Source: a virus
Taxonomy: Duplodnaviria > Caudoviricetes
Length of the DNA stretch: 64,000 bases
Strand: one strand, 5' to 3'
IMG/VR virus record: IMGVR_UViG_3300017913_001833
Span: 1-64,000 of that record
Shown here: positions 30,083 through 39,365 of the stretch, piece after piece
How positions within the stretch are numbered: the stretch's first letter is position 1
How the letters are laid out: each line of letters begins with the position of its first letter
Made by a program: the position numbers and the translations under genes
Notes under the pieces: model-generated
Databases searched by the model: none
Told to the model about the DNA's origin: nothing
Seen by the model: the letters and a program-made list of their open reading frames with translations, nothing else

Positions 30083-30997
30083 ATGAAAGATCTTTGGGTA
30101 GAAAAGTATCGTCCGAAAACTGTTGATGGCTATGTGTTTCGTGACGAAGCACAACGTTCACAGGTAAAAACATGGATAAAAGACAAAACTATTCCGCATC
30201 TGTTGTTTTCTGGAAATGCTGGCATTGGAAAGACGACATTGGCAAAATTATTGTTCAACGAATTGGACGTGAACGATTTAGACATCTTAGAAATAAACGC
30301 AAGTCGTACTAACAGTGTTGATGACGTTAGAGATAAAATTGTAAACTTTGTACAAATGATTCCATTTGGTGACTTTAAGGTTGTACTGCTTGATGAGGCA
30401 GATTACTTGTCGCCAAACGCACAAGCCGCACTACGTGGTGTGATGGAAGAGTATCATACTACTGCACGTTTTATTCTTACTTGTAACTATCCAAACAGAA
30501 TTATTCCTGCACTACACAGTAGATGTCAGGGCTTTCATATTGCAAAAATTGATCAAACAGAGTTTACTGCTAGGGTTGCAGAAATTCTTATTACAGAAGG
30601 CGTTACTCCAAACTTAGATATTCTTGACACATATGTAAAAGCAACATATCCTGATTTGCGTAAATGCATCAATATGGTGCAGATGAATTGTCAGGATGGA
30701 AGTTTGCTTGCTCCACATGAAGGTGACACAGGTGAAAGCGATTGGAAGCTGGATATGGTTGAGCTTTTCAAAGCAGGCAAGATACAAGATGCACGTAAAC
30801 TGTTGTGTGGTACAGTGCGTCCAGAAGAGATGGAAGAAATATATCGCTGGCTGTATGACAACTTAGAACTGTTTGGTGATGATGAAAAGCAGGATCAAGC
30901 AGTGCTTATTATCAAGCAAGGACTAGTGGACCATACGCTTGTTGTAGATCCAGAGATTAACCTAGCAGCAACACTTATTAGATTGGCTAGACTATGA
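30083..30997 (+). CDS. Clamp loader AAA+ subunit (gp44 / RFC small-like)
   Basis: LWVEKYRP, GNAGIGKTT, EINAS, LDEAD, SRC, DLRK. Confidence 0.93.
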   Translation: MKDLWVEKYRPKTVDGYVFRDEAQRSQVKTWIKDKTIPHLLFSGNAGIGKTTLAKLLFNELDVNDLDILEINASRTNSVDDVRDKIVNFVQMIPFGDFKVVLLDEADYLSPNAQAALRGVMEEYHTTARFILTCNYPNRIIPALHSRCQGFHIAKIDQTEFTARVAEILITEGVTPNLDILDTYVKATYPDLRKCINMVQMNCQDGSLLAPHEGDTGESDWKLDMVELFKAGKIQDARKLLCGTVRPEEMEEIYRWLYDNLELFGDDEKQDQAVLIIKQGLVDHTLVVDPEINLAATLIRLARL

Positions 30998-31539
30998 TTG
31001 TAGACGCTCCTTGGAAACACGAAATCATTGACGATTTTCTAGACTTAGATGATTTTGAAATGTTATCAAAAATAGATATTGATAACACAAGCGAGGACGG
31101 CAATGCAATCAGCAAAAATAAAATTTATATAGATGGCAGTATCTTAAGCAGTCTGCCAATTGATTGGTTAGAGAATTTTAAAACAAAGTACTTTGATCGA
31201 ACTGTTGAAATTTTAAGACAACATGCACCAGAAAAAGTCGACAGCATTTCATACATGGAACTAAACGTAGTTGAAAGTGGACCTAACTTCCAATTTCCTA
31301 TACATGCAGATTCTAAAGACAAATTGTTAAGTTGTGTAATTTATCTACAACCTGAAAACAATAACGGCACAGTTCTTTACACAAGTGAAGAAGGTGCTGG
31401 TGAACATATGGCAGAATGGAAACAAAATCGTTGTGTTATATTTTCAAGACAAGATAACACATGGCATAGCTACGGAGGCAATGGTATAAGCCCTCGACGT
31501 ACACTTGTGTTAAACCTAAGAAGTGAGAGGCAAAAATAA
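30994..31539 (+). CDS. 2OG-Fe(II) oxygenase
   Basis: HAD (HxD), WHS, RRTL. Confidence 0.8.
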   Translation: MIVDAPWKHEIIDDFLDLDDFEMLSKIDIDNTSEDGNAISKNKIYIDGSILSSLPIDWLENFKTKYFDRTVEILRQHAPEKVDSISYMELNVVESGPNFQFPIHADSKDKLLSCVIYLQPENNNGTVLYTSEEGAGEHMAEWKQNRCVIFSRQDNTWHSYGGNGISPRRTLVLNLRSERQK

Positions 31540-31886
31540 TGGCGTATATAGTAAACGATGGATGCATCAATTGTAAGCATATGACTTGTGTTGAAGTGTG
31601 TCCAGTAGATTGTTTTTACGAAGGTAAAAACATGTTAGTAATACATCCAGACGAATGTATTGATTGCGGTGTTTGCGAACCTGAGTGTCCTGCAGATGCT
31701 ATTTTCCAAGACAGTAATTTAAAGCCAGAGGTTGCAGAATTTTGGATTCAGCACAACCGTAAGTATAGTGAAATCTGGCCTAACATAACGGAAGCGAAAC
31801 CTGCACCTGAAGATGCTGATGACTGGTATGGCATTCCGAACAAACTAGAGGAGCATTTCAGTGAAAAGCCAGGCGAAGGGGACTAA
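31539..31886 (+). CDS. fdxA: 7Fe-type ferredoxin
   Basis: [18 protein letters not shown] and [12 protein letters not shown]; FdxA-like C-terminal extension. Confidence 0.92.
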   Translation: MAYIVNDGCINCKHMTCVEVCPVDCFYEGKNMLVIHPDECIDCGVCEPECPADAIFQDSNLKPEVAEFWIQHNRKYSEIWPNITEAKPAPEDADDWYGIPNKLEEHFSEKPGEGD

Positions 31887-32055
31887 ATTAATTAATGATA
31901 TAGTCCGTGTAAACGTGCTAGAAGAAGAAGTAGAGTACTACAAAACATTACTTCAACCACACGATACAGGACATATACATACAGCAATTAGTTTTATACA
32001 AAGTAGAATTAGAGAACTTAAAGGAGAAAATAAACAATGGGCGCCGTACGATTAG
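31861..32055 (+). CDS. Hypothetical protein
   Basis: GTG start; fills the gap between fdxA and thyX. Confidence 0.55.
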   Translation: MKSQAKGTKLINDIVRVNVLEEEVEYYKTLLQPHDTGHIHTAISFIQSRIRELKGENKQWAPYD

Positions 32056-32708
32056 TAAGTTATTCAAAGCCAACAATTGAATTTATTGCAGACGGGATAA
32101 GCAATGATAACATGCTTGATCTTGTAGCATACTGTGCTAGAGTAAGTAATCCTAGCAACCAGATGAATACAGAAACTAGTGAAAAACTTATCAAGTATTT
32201 GATTAAACACGCACACTGGTCTCCACTTGAAATGGTTAACGCTTGTTTAGAAATTGAAACTACTAGAGACATTGCACACCAAATCGTTCGTCATAGAAGT
32301 TTTGCTTTCCAAGAGTTTTCACAGCGTTATGCAGATCCAAAAGAAATGGGTGATATGTTTGTTGTTAGAGAAGCACGTTTACAAGATGCTAAAAACAGAC
32401 AAAACAGTATAGAAACTGATGATACTGCACTCCAGGACAAATGGGAAGAAATGCAACAGGATGTCATGTATGCGGCAGGAAAAGCATACAAATGGGCTAT
32501 CGATAATGGTATTGCTAAAGAACAAGCCCGTGCTGTTCTTCCAGAAGGATGTACAAAAACTAGACTATATATGAATGGTAGTTTGCGTAGTTGGATTCAT
32601 TATATTGAACTACGTGGAGCAAATGGCACACAAAAAGAGCATATGGATATTGCTCATGCTTGTGCAGATGTCATTTCAAAAGTTTTTCCTTTGGCAAAAG
32701 ATCTGTGA
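32037..32708 (+). CDS. thyX: Flavin-dependent thymidylate synthase
   Basis: HWSPLE, RHRSFAFQEFSQRY (RHRX7S), EQARAVLP. Confidence 0.95.
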   Translation: MGAVRLVSYSKPTIEFIADGISNDNMLDLVAYCARVSNPSNQMNTETSEKLIKYLIKHAHWSPLEMVNACLEIETTRDIAHQIVRHRSFAFQEFSQRYADPKEMGDMFVVREARLQDAKNRQNSIETDDTALQDKWEEMQQDVMYAAGKAYKWAIDNGIAKEQARAVLPEGCTKTRLYMNGSLRSWIHYIELRGANGTQKEHMDIAHACADVISKVFPLAKDL

Positions 32709-33823
32709 TAGAAGAGCTACATAAAACATGGAACATACAAAACACACACATAGCCGGAGATGAATTCACTGGCTATGAGAGTGTGTACGACCAACTGAAT
32801 TTTACTAAGGAAGATTATGATGCAGATCCGGAAGGTACTATTGACAGTGTTTTTAGCATTTATCGTAGTATTAATCTTGTTCCCATTGTTTACTACACAG
32901 AGCAAGGACTTATCAACGCTGTCAGAGATTTTAGTCATTCAAAATATAATACAGTTCAGGGCAATGTTTTAGGCTTAGGCAATAACGCAGGCCAAACAAT
33001 TAATAGATTTTTATTTCCAAATATGATGACAGCTGAACCTAAAGGTAGGGGAAGCAACAGTTTAAAAGATAGATTTTACAATGATGCTAAATTACGCAGG
33101 GCTATCAGAATATGCTTCGAGTTTCGTGATGGTAATAATCTTGTACATCCTACTGCGATGCGTAGGGCACTTGAGCTTGTTACAGGTGAAAACGTCACTA
33201 ACTTCAAAGCACAAAATGCAAAAGCAATAGTAGAATACTTGTGTCCTGTACTGTGGGGTAATGTGTATGATTACAGTGCAGGATACGGTGGAAGATTACT
33301 TGGTATCACATCAAGTAATATGCGCTACAATTATGTAGGCATAGACCCAAACACTGAAACAGTAAAATACCTAAATTATCTACAGCAGATTATACAGGAA
33401 GCAACAGGAGTACAAAGTGAAATCTACTGCACAACAAGCGAAGAATACACGCCTACGTCCGCAGACTTGGCGTTCTCAAGCCCACCATACTTCAACCTCG
33501 AAAAATACACAGACGAACCAACACAGTGTATGGTCAGATACAGATCCCTTGACGAGTGGTTTGATGGCTACGTTACGCCGACCATATCCAATGCCTACAA
33601 AGGACTAAACAGTGACGGAATCTTCGCAACAAACATCGCAGACTACAAAAGCTACGGTAACAAGGAATATGAAGTTGTGGAACGTTGGATTGCAACTGCT
33701 GAAAAACTTGGCTTCAAGCATGTTGAAACCATTAAGATGATGTTGAATACACGTCCAGGTGTTGGAAACAACAAAACTGAAGGGCGTGAAAAATTTGAAG
33801 GCGTATACGTTTTTAAAAAGTAG
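32705..33823 (+). CDS. Amino-DNA methyltransferase (N4-C or N6-A)
   Basis: YDYSAGYGGR SAM-binding motif I followed by the SPPY catalytic motif IV; GTGA overlap with the thyX stop suggests start 32705. Confidence 0.8.
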   Translation: MIEELHKTWNIQNTHIAGDEFTGYESVYDQLNFTKEDYDADPEGTIDSVFSIYRSINLVPIVYYTEQGLINAVRDFSHSKYNTVQGNVLGLGNNAGQTINRFLFPNMMTAEPKGRGSNSLKDRFYNDAKLRRAIRICFEFRDGNNLVHPTAMRRALELVTGENVTNFKAQNAKAIVEYLCPVLWGNVYDYSAGYGGRLLGITSSNMRYNYVGIDPNTETVKYLNYLQQIIQEATGVQSEIYCTTSEEYTPTSADLAFSSPPYFNLEKYTDEPTQCMVRYRSLDEWFDGYVTPTISNAYKGLNSDGIFATNIADYKSYGNKEYEVVERWIATAEKLGFKHVETIKMMLNTRPGVGNNKTEGREKFEGVYVFKK

Positions 33824-33839
33824 GGGAAAAATCCCCTAC
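33815..33839 (-). terminator. Intrinsic terminator between the convergent MTase and phoH
   Basis: GTAGGGGA-AAAA-TCCCCTAC hairpin with a T-tract on the minus strand. Confidence 0.75.
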
Positions 33840-33842
33840 AAT

Positions 33843-34556
33843 TTATTCATCTCCATATACTTGAAGAACTTCCTTGACCGCTTGATGTCGTTCAATGTCT
33901 CCTTGTTCAAAATAGACTATGTCTAGGTGCTTGCTATTGTTTTTCTCAAGTAGTTTAGTAAAATCAATTAAGCCGTTATCTTTGATTCTATCAGCTTGAG
34001 CTAGGTCCCCTGTAACAGCCATTAATGAGCCTTCTCCTAATCTTGTGAGTAACATTTTCATTTGATTAGGTGTAGCATTTTGCATTTCATCTGCTATAAT
34101 ATAACTTTGTTTAAAAGTTCTACCCCGCATATATGCAAGTGGTGCTATCTCAACTATGCCTTCTGTAATCATACCTTCAATATCTTGTGTTGTAAAGTAT
34201 TCTCTAAAGACATCAAATATTGGTCTTGTCCATGGTGCCATTTTTTGCTCTAATGTACCTGGTAAAAATCCTAAGTCTTCGTCAACTGACACTGCTGGCC
34301 TTGTAACTATAATTTTATCGACTTTGCCTTCTTTGAAATATTTTACTGCCGCTTGCACTGCTAATAATGTTTTGCCCGTGCCTGCTGGACCAATACCAAA
34401 GACTATGTCCTTCTCTTGGTTTAGCAGTTTCAAAATATATTGTTCTTGATTTTTATTTCTTGGAATAAGTTGTACTGTTTGTTGTTTTTTTGGAAAGTTT
34501 ACTATGTTTGAAAATTGTGGAGTTGCGCGGTTGCGCTGTTTCCGTTTTGCACCCAT
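33843..34556 (-). CDS. phoH: PhoH-family ATPase
   Basis: GPAGTGKT, LGFLPG, YMRGRTF, DEMQN, TRLG, GDLAQ.D. Confidence 0.95.
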   Translation of the reverse strand: MGAKRKQRNRATPQFSNIVNFPKKQQTVQLIPRNKNQEQYILKLLNQEKDIVFGIGPAGTGKTLLAVQAAVKYFKEGKVDKIIVTRPAVSVDEDLGFLPGTLEQKMAPWTRPIFDVFREYFTTQDIEGMITEGIVEIAPLAYMRGRTFKQSYIIADEMQNATPNQMKMLLTRLGEGSLMAVTGDLAQADRIKDNGLIDFTKLLEKNNSKHLDIVYFEQGDIERHQAVKEVLQVYGDE

Positions 34557-34622
34557 TAAGATTCCTCCTTATAATGGAATGGTCCCGTAGAGCGCACCCT
34601 TCAGGGCATTTGCCCTACACAG
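34557..34622 (-). ncRNA. Candidate structured 5' leader of phoH
   Basis: GC-rich; GUAGGGC/GCUCUAC stem, alternative AGGGCA/UGCCCU hairpin, AUUCC/GGAAU stem over the SD. Confidence 0.45.
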
Positions 34623-34656
34623 TATTTATCTCCTCTCTAGACAAAACTGCTAAATA
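34623..34656. promoter_or_regulatory. Back-to-back divergent late-type promoters
   Basis: TATTTA 34623-34628 and TAAATA 34651-34656. Confidence 0.6.
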
Positions 34657-34678
34657 CAATAGTAAAAAGGAACAAAAA

Positions 34679-35224
34679 ATGCAAGACGTTTACGACATCA
34701 TAAAAAATGTGGAGCAAATATACGAAAGCAACACTAGCTTCCAAGTACTTAAAGACAGTGAAAGAGTTCTAGATGAGCTTGATCTATATGTGTACGAAAA
34801 TTGGGGAGAAGGCGAACTAGCATACGGCCCTAAAATAGACAGACATTGGGTAACAGTAGGTCTTATGTGGCCAAGAGCAAAGATGCCAGATCCAATGGGC
34901 GGAAAGCGTTTGTTGGAATATGACTGTAAAGTAAGTTATAAGAAAGATCATTTAGTAGTTCCTAAAAAAATACGTAAGCAAGAGGACTTTCGTCCTGGCA
35001 CAAAAAAAGGTAAACTAGAACGTAAGCCTATTTGGCTTGTAGAAATACAGTTACCAAAGAAATTAATAGCAGATATGTTTGAAGGATTTGCAAAAGCAGA
35101 ACCTCAACTAAAAGAGCCACAAGGACAACAACCAGCTGATGCTGCCGCAGCACCTGCAGAAGGAGCGGCACCTGGAGTTGATGCTGGCGCAGCTGCACCT
35201 GCTCCTGCTCCGGAGGCAATCTAA
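34679..35224 (+). CDS. Hypothetical phage protein with Ala/Pro-rich tail
   Basis: ATG 34679 after AAGGAA RBS (track start 34490 overlaps phoH). Confidence 0.75.
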   Translation: MQDVYDIIKNVEQIYESNTSFQVLKDSERVLDELDLYVYENWGEGELAYGPKIDRHWVTVGLMWPRAKMPDPMGGKRLLEYDCKVSYKKDHLVVPKKIRKQEDFRPGTKKGKLERKPIWLVEIQLPKKLIADMFEGFAKAEPQLKEPQGQQPADAAAAPAEGAAPGVDAGAAAPAPAPEAI

Positions 35225-35931
35225 TGACAATACTCGCAGGCGACCTACACGATTTAGTTGAAGACATATTCGAAATAGACAGTTACAAATCAAAAATGGG
35301 TGATGATGCAAACATCATAACAGTAGCATTCAGTGTAAAGAACAAAGACGCAGCAAATGACCTTAACGAATTTATTGAAAAAGGTTATGGCTTTGTGCTA
35401 GATAGTGATGTAACAGCAGGTGAACAAGCCGACGGCACATACAAAGTCTTTGTTGAGATAGAACGTAATAGACATGCACACGATAACATACTTGAAATGA
35501 TGGACGGTATAGGCAAGTTATCTGCACTAGAAAAATTTAAATTTAGATACTATAAAAACTTTCGTAGTGAAGAAATGACACTAGAAAATATTGCCAAGTT
35601 TGTTCCTACTGATCCAGATTCATATGGTATTAACACAAACGAAGCAAACATGAACAATTATAAAAACTTCTTCAGTAACAGTTATCTTGAAGAAAGTTAT
35701 ATGCAAGGCGATATCCTAACAGTTAAAAAAGCATTTGCAGATCCGCTTGCATTTAGATTTATAGATTTTGGGGACAGAGATAAAGTAGCAATAAATGAAG
35801 CATTTGATGTAGATGCATACCCTGAAATACTCTTTTTAACCAAGTATCTTGGTGACTACAATATAAGTAAGTATGGAGACAATCTAGTTTTCGAAAACAA
35901 GGGCAAAGCCCTAGTAGTCAAAAGGATCTAA
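35224..35931 (+). CDS. Hypothetical phage protein
   Basis: TAATG-coupled long ORF. Confidence 0.75.
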   Translation: MTILAGDLHDLVEDIFEIDSYKSKMGDDANIITVAFSVKNKDAANDLNEFIEKGYGFVLDSDVTAGEQADGTYKVFVEIERNRHAHDNILEMMDGIGKLSALEKFKFRYYKNFRSEEMTLENIAKFVPTDPDSYGINTNEANMNNYKNFFSNSYLEESYMQGDILTVKKAFADPLAFRFIDFGDRDKVAINEAFDVDAYPEILFLTKYLGDYNISKYGDNLVFENKGKALVVKRI

Positions 35932-35933
35932 AT

Positions 35934-36782
35934 ATGGCCAAAGAACATTTTAAATTTGATTTCCAGCCTTGGATGGCTGAGGAACTTATTCATCGTGATG
36001 ATTGGGAAGAATGGTATGAAGCAATGTGTGAAATACTTCCTTTATGGGAAATTGACACAATTGAAAGAGTATCAATGTTCATCGCACAATGTGGGCATGA
36101 ATCAGGCGGCTTCCGTGTATTAAGTGAAAACTTAAACTATAGCGCCTCTGCCCTAAACAGTATATTCCCTAAATACTTTGTAAGAGCAGGAAGAAATGCA
36201 CAAGATTATCATCGCCAGCCTGAAAAAATTGCTAACGTTATCTACGCTAATCGCATGGACAATGGAGATACTGAAAGCGGAGACGGTTGGAAATTCCGCG
36301 GAGGAGGCATTCTTCAACTCACTGGAAGATACAACTACACACAATTTGCAAAAGAAGTAGAAATGACAGCAGACGAAGCAGTAGATTATGTACGCACAAA
36401 GAAAGGTGCATTAGATAGTGCTTGCTGGTTCTGGGATACAAACAACATTAATAAGTGGTGTGATGCAATGGATGTAGTCGGAGCAACAAAACGTATTAAT
36501 GGTGGAACAATAGGTTTAGACGATCGTAAGAAACACTATTTACATGCTATAGATGTATTAGGTGGTGATTACACAGAACCTGAAATAGATTACAATCAAA
36601 CAATTCGTCAAGGATCACGTGGTCCATTAGTAGCTGAAGTGCAAGAAAAATTAAATATTTCACCTGCTGACGGAATCTTTGGTCCAGGTACAGCGAGGAT
36701 TGTCAAAAAATGGCAAAGCGACAACGGACTTGTTGCTGATGGCATTGTTGGTCCAAAAACGCTGGGAAAGTTACTAGGGTAG
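35934..36782 (+). CDS. Endolysin: GH19 domain plus peptidoglycan-binding domain
   Basis: FIAQCGHESGG, ENLNYS, FRGGGILQLTGRYNY, SACWFW, INGG; DGIFGPGT..DGIVGPKT. Confidence 0.92.
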   Translation: MAKEHFKFDFQPWMAEELIHRDDWEEWYEAMCEILPLWEIDTIERVSMFIAQCGHESGGFRVLSENLNYSASALNSIFPKYFVRAGRNAQDYHRQPEKIANVIYANRMDNGDTESGDGWKFRGGGILQLTGRYNYTQFAKEVEMTADEAVDYVRTKKGALDSACWFWDTNNINKWCDAMDVVGATKRINGGTIGLDDRKKHYLHAIDVLGGDYTEPEIDYNQTIRQGSRGPLVAEVQEKLNISPADGIFGPGTARIVKKWQSDNGLVADGIVGPKTLGKLLG

Positions 36783-36787
36783 GTGGT

Positions 36788-37285
36788 ATGGGTGCAAAAT
36801 TAGCATTAGTTATGTTTGTCTTAATGTGTGCAATGGGCGGCGGCGTCTATTGGTACTACACTGACACACAAGAACGTATTGCTATCTTGACAGAAAATAA
36901 CGCTAAACTAGAATCAGCAGTTGAAACTAATGAACAAGCGTTAGCGGCACAAACTGCCGCTTTCGAAAGTATGCGAGTAGAAAATGCTAAATTACAAGAA
37001 GAATTTGCATCTATAAATGATCGTAATAGAAATTTAGAAAATAAACTTTCTAGACATGATATTGGTGCAGCTGGTATTGCAAGAACAACACTTACAGAAA
37101 AAAGATTAAACAGTGGTACAGCAAACGTACAACGTTGCATGGAAATATTCAGTGGTGCAGAGCTTACTGAAAAAGAATTAAGTGCAACAAAGCCAAGTGA
37201 AATAAATCCTGAGTGTTGGAGAACAGCAAATCCAAACTTTGATCCAAATTTACAAAGTGATGCGTGGAAAAGGAAGAACTTATGA
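36788..37285 (+). CDS. Inner-membrane spanin (Rz-like)
   Basis: N-terminal TM plus coiled coil, directly after the endolysin. Confidence 0.7.
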   Translation: MGAKLALVMFVLMCAMGGGVYWYYTDTQERIAILTENNAKLESAVETNEQALAAQTAAFESMRVENAKLQEEFASINDRNRNLENKLSRHDIGAAGIARTTLTEKRLNSGTANVQRCMEIFSGAELTEKELSATKPSEINPECWRTANPNFDPNLQSDAWKRKNL

Positions 37286-37737
37286 GATTAGTATTTGTAG
37301 CATTTATTGGATTATTATTCCTTACAGCGTGTAGCACACCGCCACGGGTAATTGAAATCAGTGCGAAACCTATTTCAAAACCAGAACTTATACTTCCGCC
37401 TGCTGAACAGTTAAGACTAAAAGATGTAGAATGGATTATTATTACAGAAGAAAATGCAGACGAAGTGTTTGCAAAATTAAAAGAAAGTAGAAAGGATCCT
37501 ATGCTTATCGGATTGAGTGACGATGGGTACGAAGTGCTAGGACTAAACTACAGCGATATAATGTCTTACATACAACAGCAAAACGCTATAATAAAAGCCT
37601 ACGAAAATTACTATGTACTAAGCGAAGAAGCATTAGAGCAAGCAAACAGTACAATAGAAGGCGCACAACAAGAAGTCAAAGATCAAAATTCAGCTCCACA
37701 AGAATCAGTACTAGACAAGCTCAATCCTTTCAAGTAA
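37282..37737 (+). CDS. Outer-membrane spanin lipoprotein (Rz1-like)
   Basis: Signal peptide with LTAC lipobox, Pro-rich; ATGA overlap with the i-spanin. Confidence 0.75.
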   Translation: MRLVFVAFIGLLFLTACSTPPRVIEISAKPISKPELILPPAEQLRLKDVEWIIITEENADEVFAKLKESRKDPMLIGLSDDGYEVLGLNYSDIMSYIQQQNAIIKAYENYYVLSEEALEQANSTIEGAQQEVKDQNSAPQESVLDKLNPFK

Positions 37738-37746
37738 ATCTATACT

Positions 37747-38508
37747 ATGGCAAATATAGATATTTTGAGAACCCCGCACTCTAAAGAAAGAAGTTTCTGG
37801 ATTGCAGGTGATGAAAAAAGTCAGTGGAAAAAACTAAGAAAAGAGCTTGGCGAAGATTGGCCCTATTATCATGTAAAAGATATTGTGTATTCACACAATG
37901 ATTATGGATATAGAGCAAACAACTTTGATTCGTATGAATGGTCAAAATGTGTTGCTTTTTTAGGTTGCAGTCATGTCTACGGTAAAGGGAACAAACTTGA
38001 AGATACAATACCTGCTATCTATTCAGAGTTATCTGGATATAAGGCAATAAACATGGGAATGAATGGTGGTGGTGTAGAGACAATACATCACAACACCCAT
38101 GCACTAATTGAAAAAAATTATATTCCAAAAAAAGTAATTATATTATGGCCTTCTATAAGTAGAACTATGTTTTATACAGGAAAAGACATAGGCAGTGTAA
38201 ACCCTCCTAAGTTAGTTGGAGTATGGAGCAATGGATACGAACAAGAACAACTTACTGCACATATACAACATCCAGAAAATTATATTACCAAAGCATACTT
38301 GATACAAAAAAGTATCCTTAGCACTTGGCGTGCAAATAATGTCGAAGTCCATAGTTTTCAACTAGGAACAACACGTTTACAAAAAAATGAATTTAAATTA
38401 GAATGTATCGAGCTTCCTGAATGTGTAGATAGAGCTAGAGATAACGCTCATTATGGTATGAAAACAAACAGGATATACGCCGAATATATACATAAATACA
38501 GTAGTTAA
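37747..38508 (+). CDS. SGNH-hydrolase-like protein
   Basis: FLGCSHVYG, INMG..G, ARDNAH (DxxH). Confidence 0.6.
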   Translation: MANIDILRTPHSKERSFWIAGDEKSQWKKLRKELGEDWPYYHVKDIVYSHNDYGYRANNFDSYEWSKCVAFLGCSHVYGKGNKLEDTIPAIYSELSGYKAINMGMNGGGVETIHHNTHALIEKNYIPKKVIILWPSISRTMFYTGKDIGSVNPPKLVGVWSNGYEQEQLTAHIQHPENYITKAYLIQKSILSTWRANNVEVHSFQLGTTRLQKNEFKLECIELPECVDRARDNAHYGMKTNRIYAEYIHKYSS

Positions 38509-38520
38509 TTGAGGTATGAT

Positions 38521-38814
38521 ATGTGGGATATGATAGAACGTATGGCTAGCGACAGACTGTGGATTTACACAGCTATTGCTGGTTCTTTATTTGGCGCAGC
38601 ATTTTTGTTTTGGTTTAAAGATACAAGAATGGCAACTTGGGCAGTTCGCAAGTTTGATGCAACTTTAGAATACTTAGCACTACGCTGGGGCTGGACTTGG
38701 TTACAAAATGATCCAAATGCATGGCGTGTAAAATATCCTAAGATTACGTCAAAAATTGATGAATTAGAAAGCCGTATTAAACAATTGGAGGAAGGCAATG
38801 CCAAAAAAGATTAA
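38521..38814 (+). CDS. Membrane protein (holin/antiholin candidate)
   Basis: One TM helix; TAAATA at 38493. Confidence 0.6.
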   Translation: MWDMIERMASDRLWIYTAIAGSLFGAAFLFWFKDTRMATWAVRKFDATLEYLALRWGWTWLQNDPNAWRVKYPKITSKIDELESRIKQLEEGNAKKD

Positions 38815-38962
38815 TCAAACAACAATAGATCTTTCTAAGTTTGATAGGAATGCACCTAAAGTAAAACTTAATAGATTAATTGCTCGTCCTGGTAATTCAG
38901 GAGGAAAGGCAAATGTTAACTTGGGTAAAATTAAAGACGGCTCACCTAACGATAAGGAATAA
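38798..38962 (+). CDS. Small basic protein, 54 aa (not in ORF track)
   Basis: GGAGG RBS; MPKKINQTTIDLSKF...; fills the gap. Confidence 0.55.
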   Translation: MPKKINQTTIDLSKFDRNAPKVKLNRLIARPGNSGGKANVNLGKIKDGSPNDKE

Positions 38963-38964
38963 AA

Positions 38965-39348
38965 ATGCCTAGAAAAAAACTTGAAGACTTAGATGCAAAG
39001 CCGGTAGAAAAAGCAGAACCAAAAGCAGACGCTGAAGTTACTGTTCCTGCTGCATCAGAGGGCGTAAGTAAGAAAGTAAAACTAGATTTAGAAGTAGATA
39101 CTAGTGTTAAAGACTTAGGTCCTAACCCATATGCAAAAATTATACATATGGCAAAAGCTGTAGATAGCTGGAGAATATTTCCACGTATCTTTATTACAAC
39201 ATACATTATACTTTTATATAAGTGTGTTATTTGGTATATGGAATTACCAGATCCAACAATGGAACAATCAGGTTTGATTAGTATTGTTGTAGGTGCTGGC
39301 GCAGCATGGTTTGGATTATACACCGGATCTAGCAAATCTAACAAATAG
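38965..39348 (+). CDS. Two-TM membrane protein, holin candidate
   Basis: DSWRIFPR followed by two TM helices; near lysis genes. Confidence 0.55.
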   Translation: MPRKKLEDLDAKPVEKAEPKADAEVTVPAASEGVSKKVKLDLEVDTSVKDLGPNPYAKIIHMAKAVDSWRIFPRIFITTYIILLYKCVIWYMELPDPTMEQSGLISIVVGAGAAWFGLYTGSSKSNK

Positions 39349-39365
39349 ACCCGCTAAGTAGTTGT

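Noticed and set aside
34557-34622. phoH leader as a tRNA or c-di-GMP-I riboswitch
   Set aside because: No cloverleaf or TTC loop; GGGCAAA is reminiscent, but the GNRA/receptor and second stem are absent
34490-34678. Extended starts given by the track (34490, 43997, 32660, 51665, 49328)
   Set aside because: They overlap neighbouring genes or regulatory elements; downstream starts have an RBS or stop-start coupling
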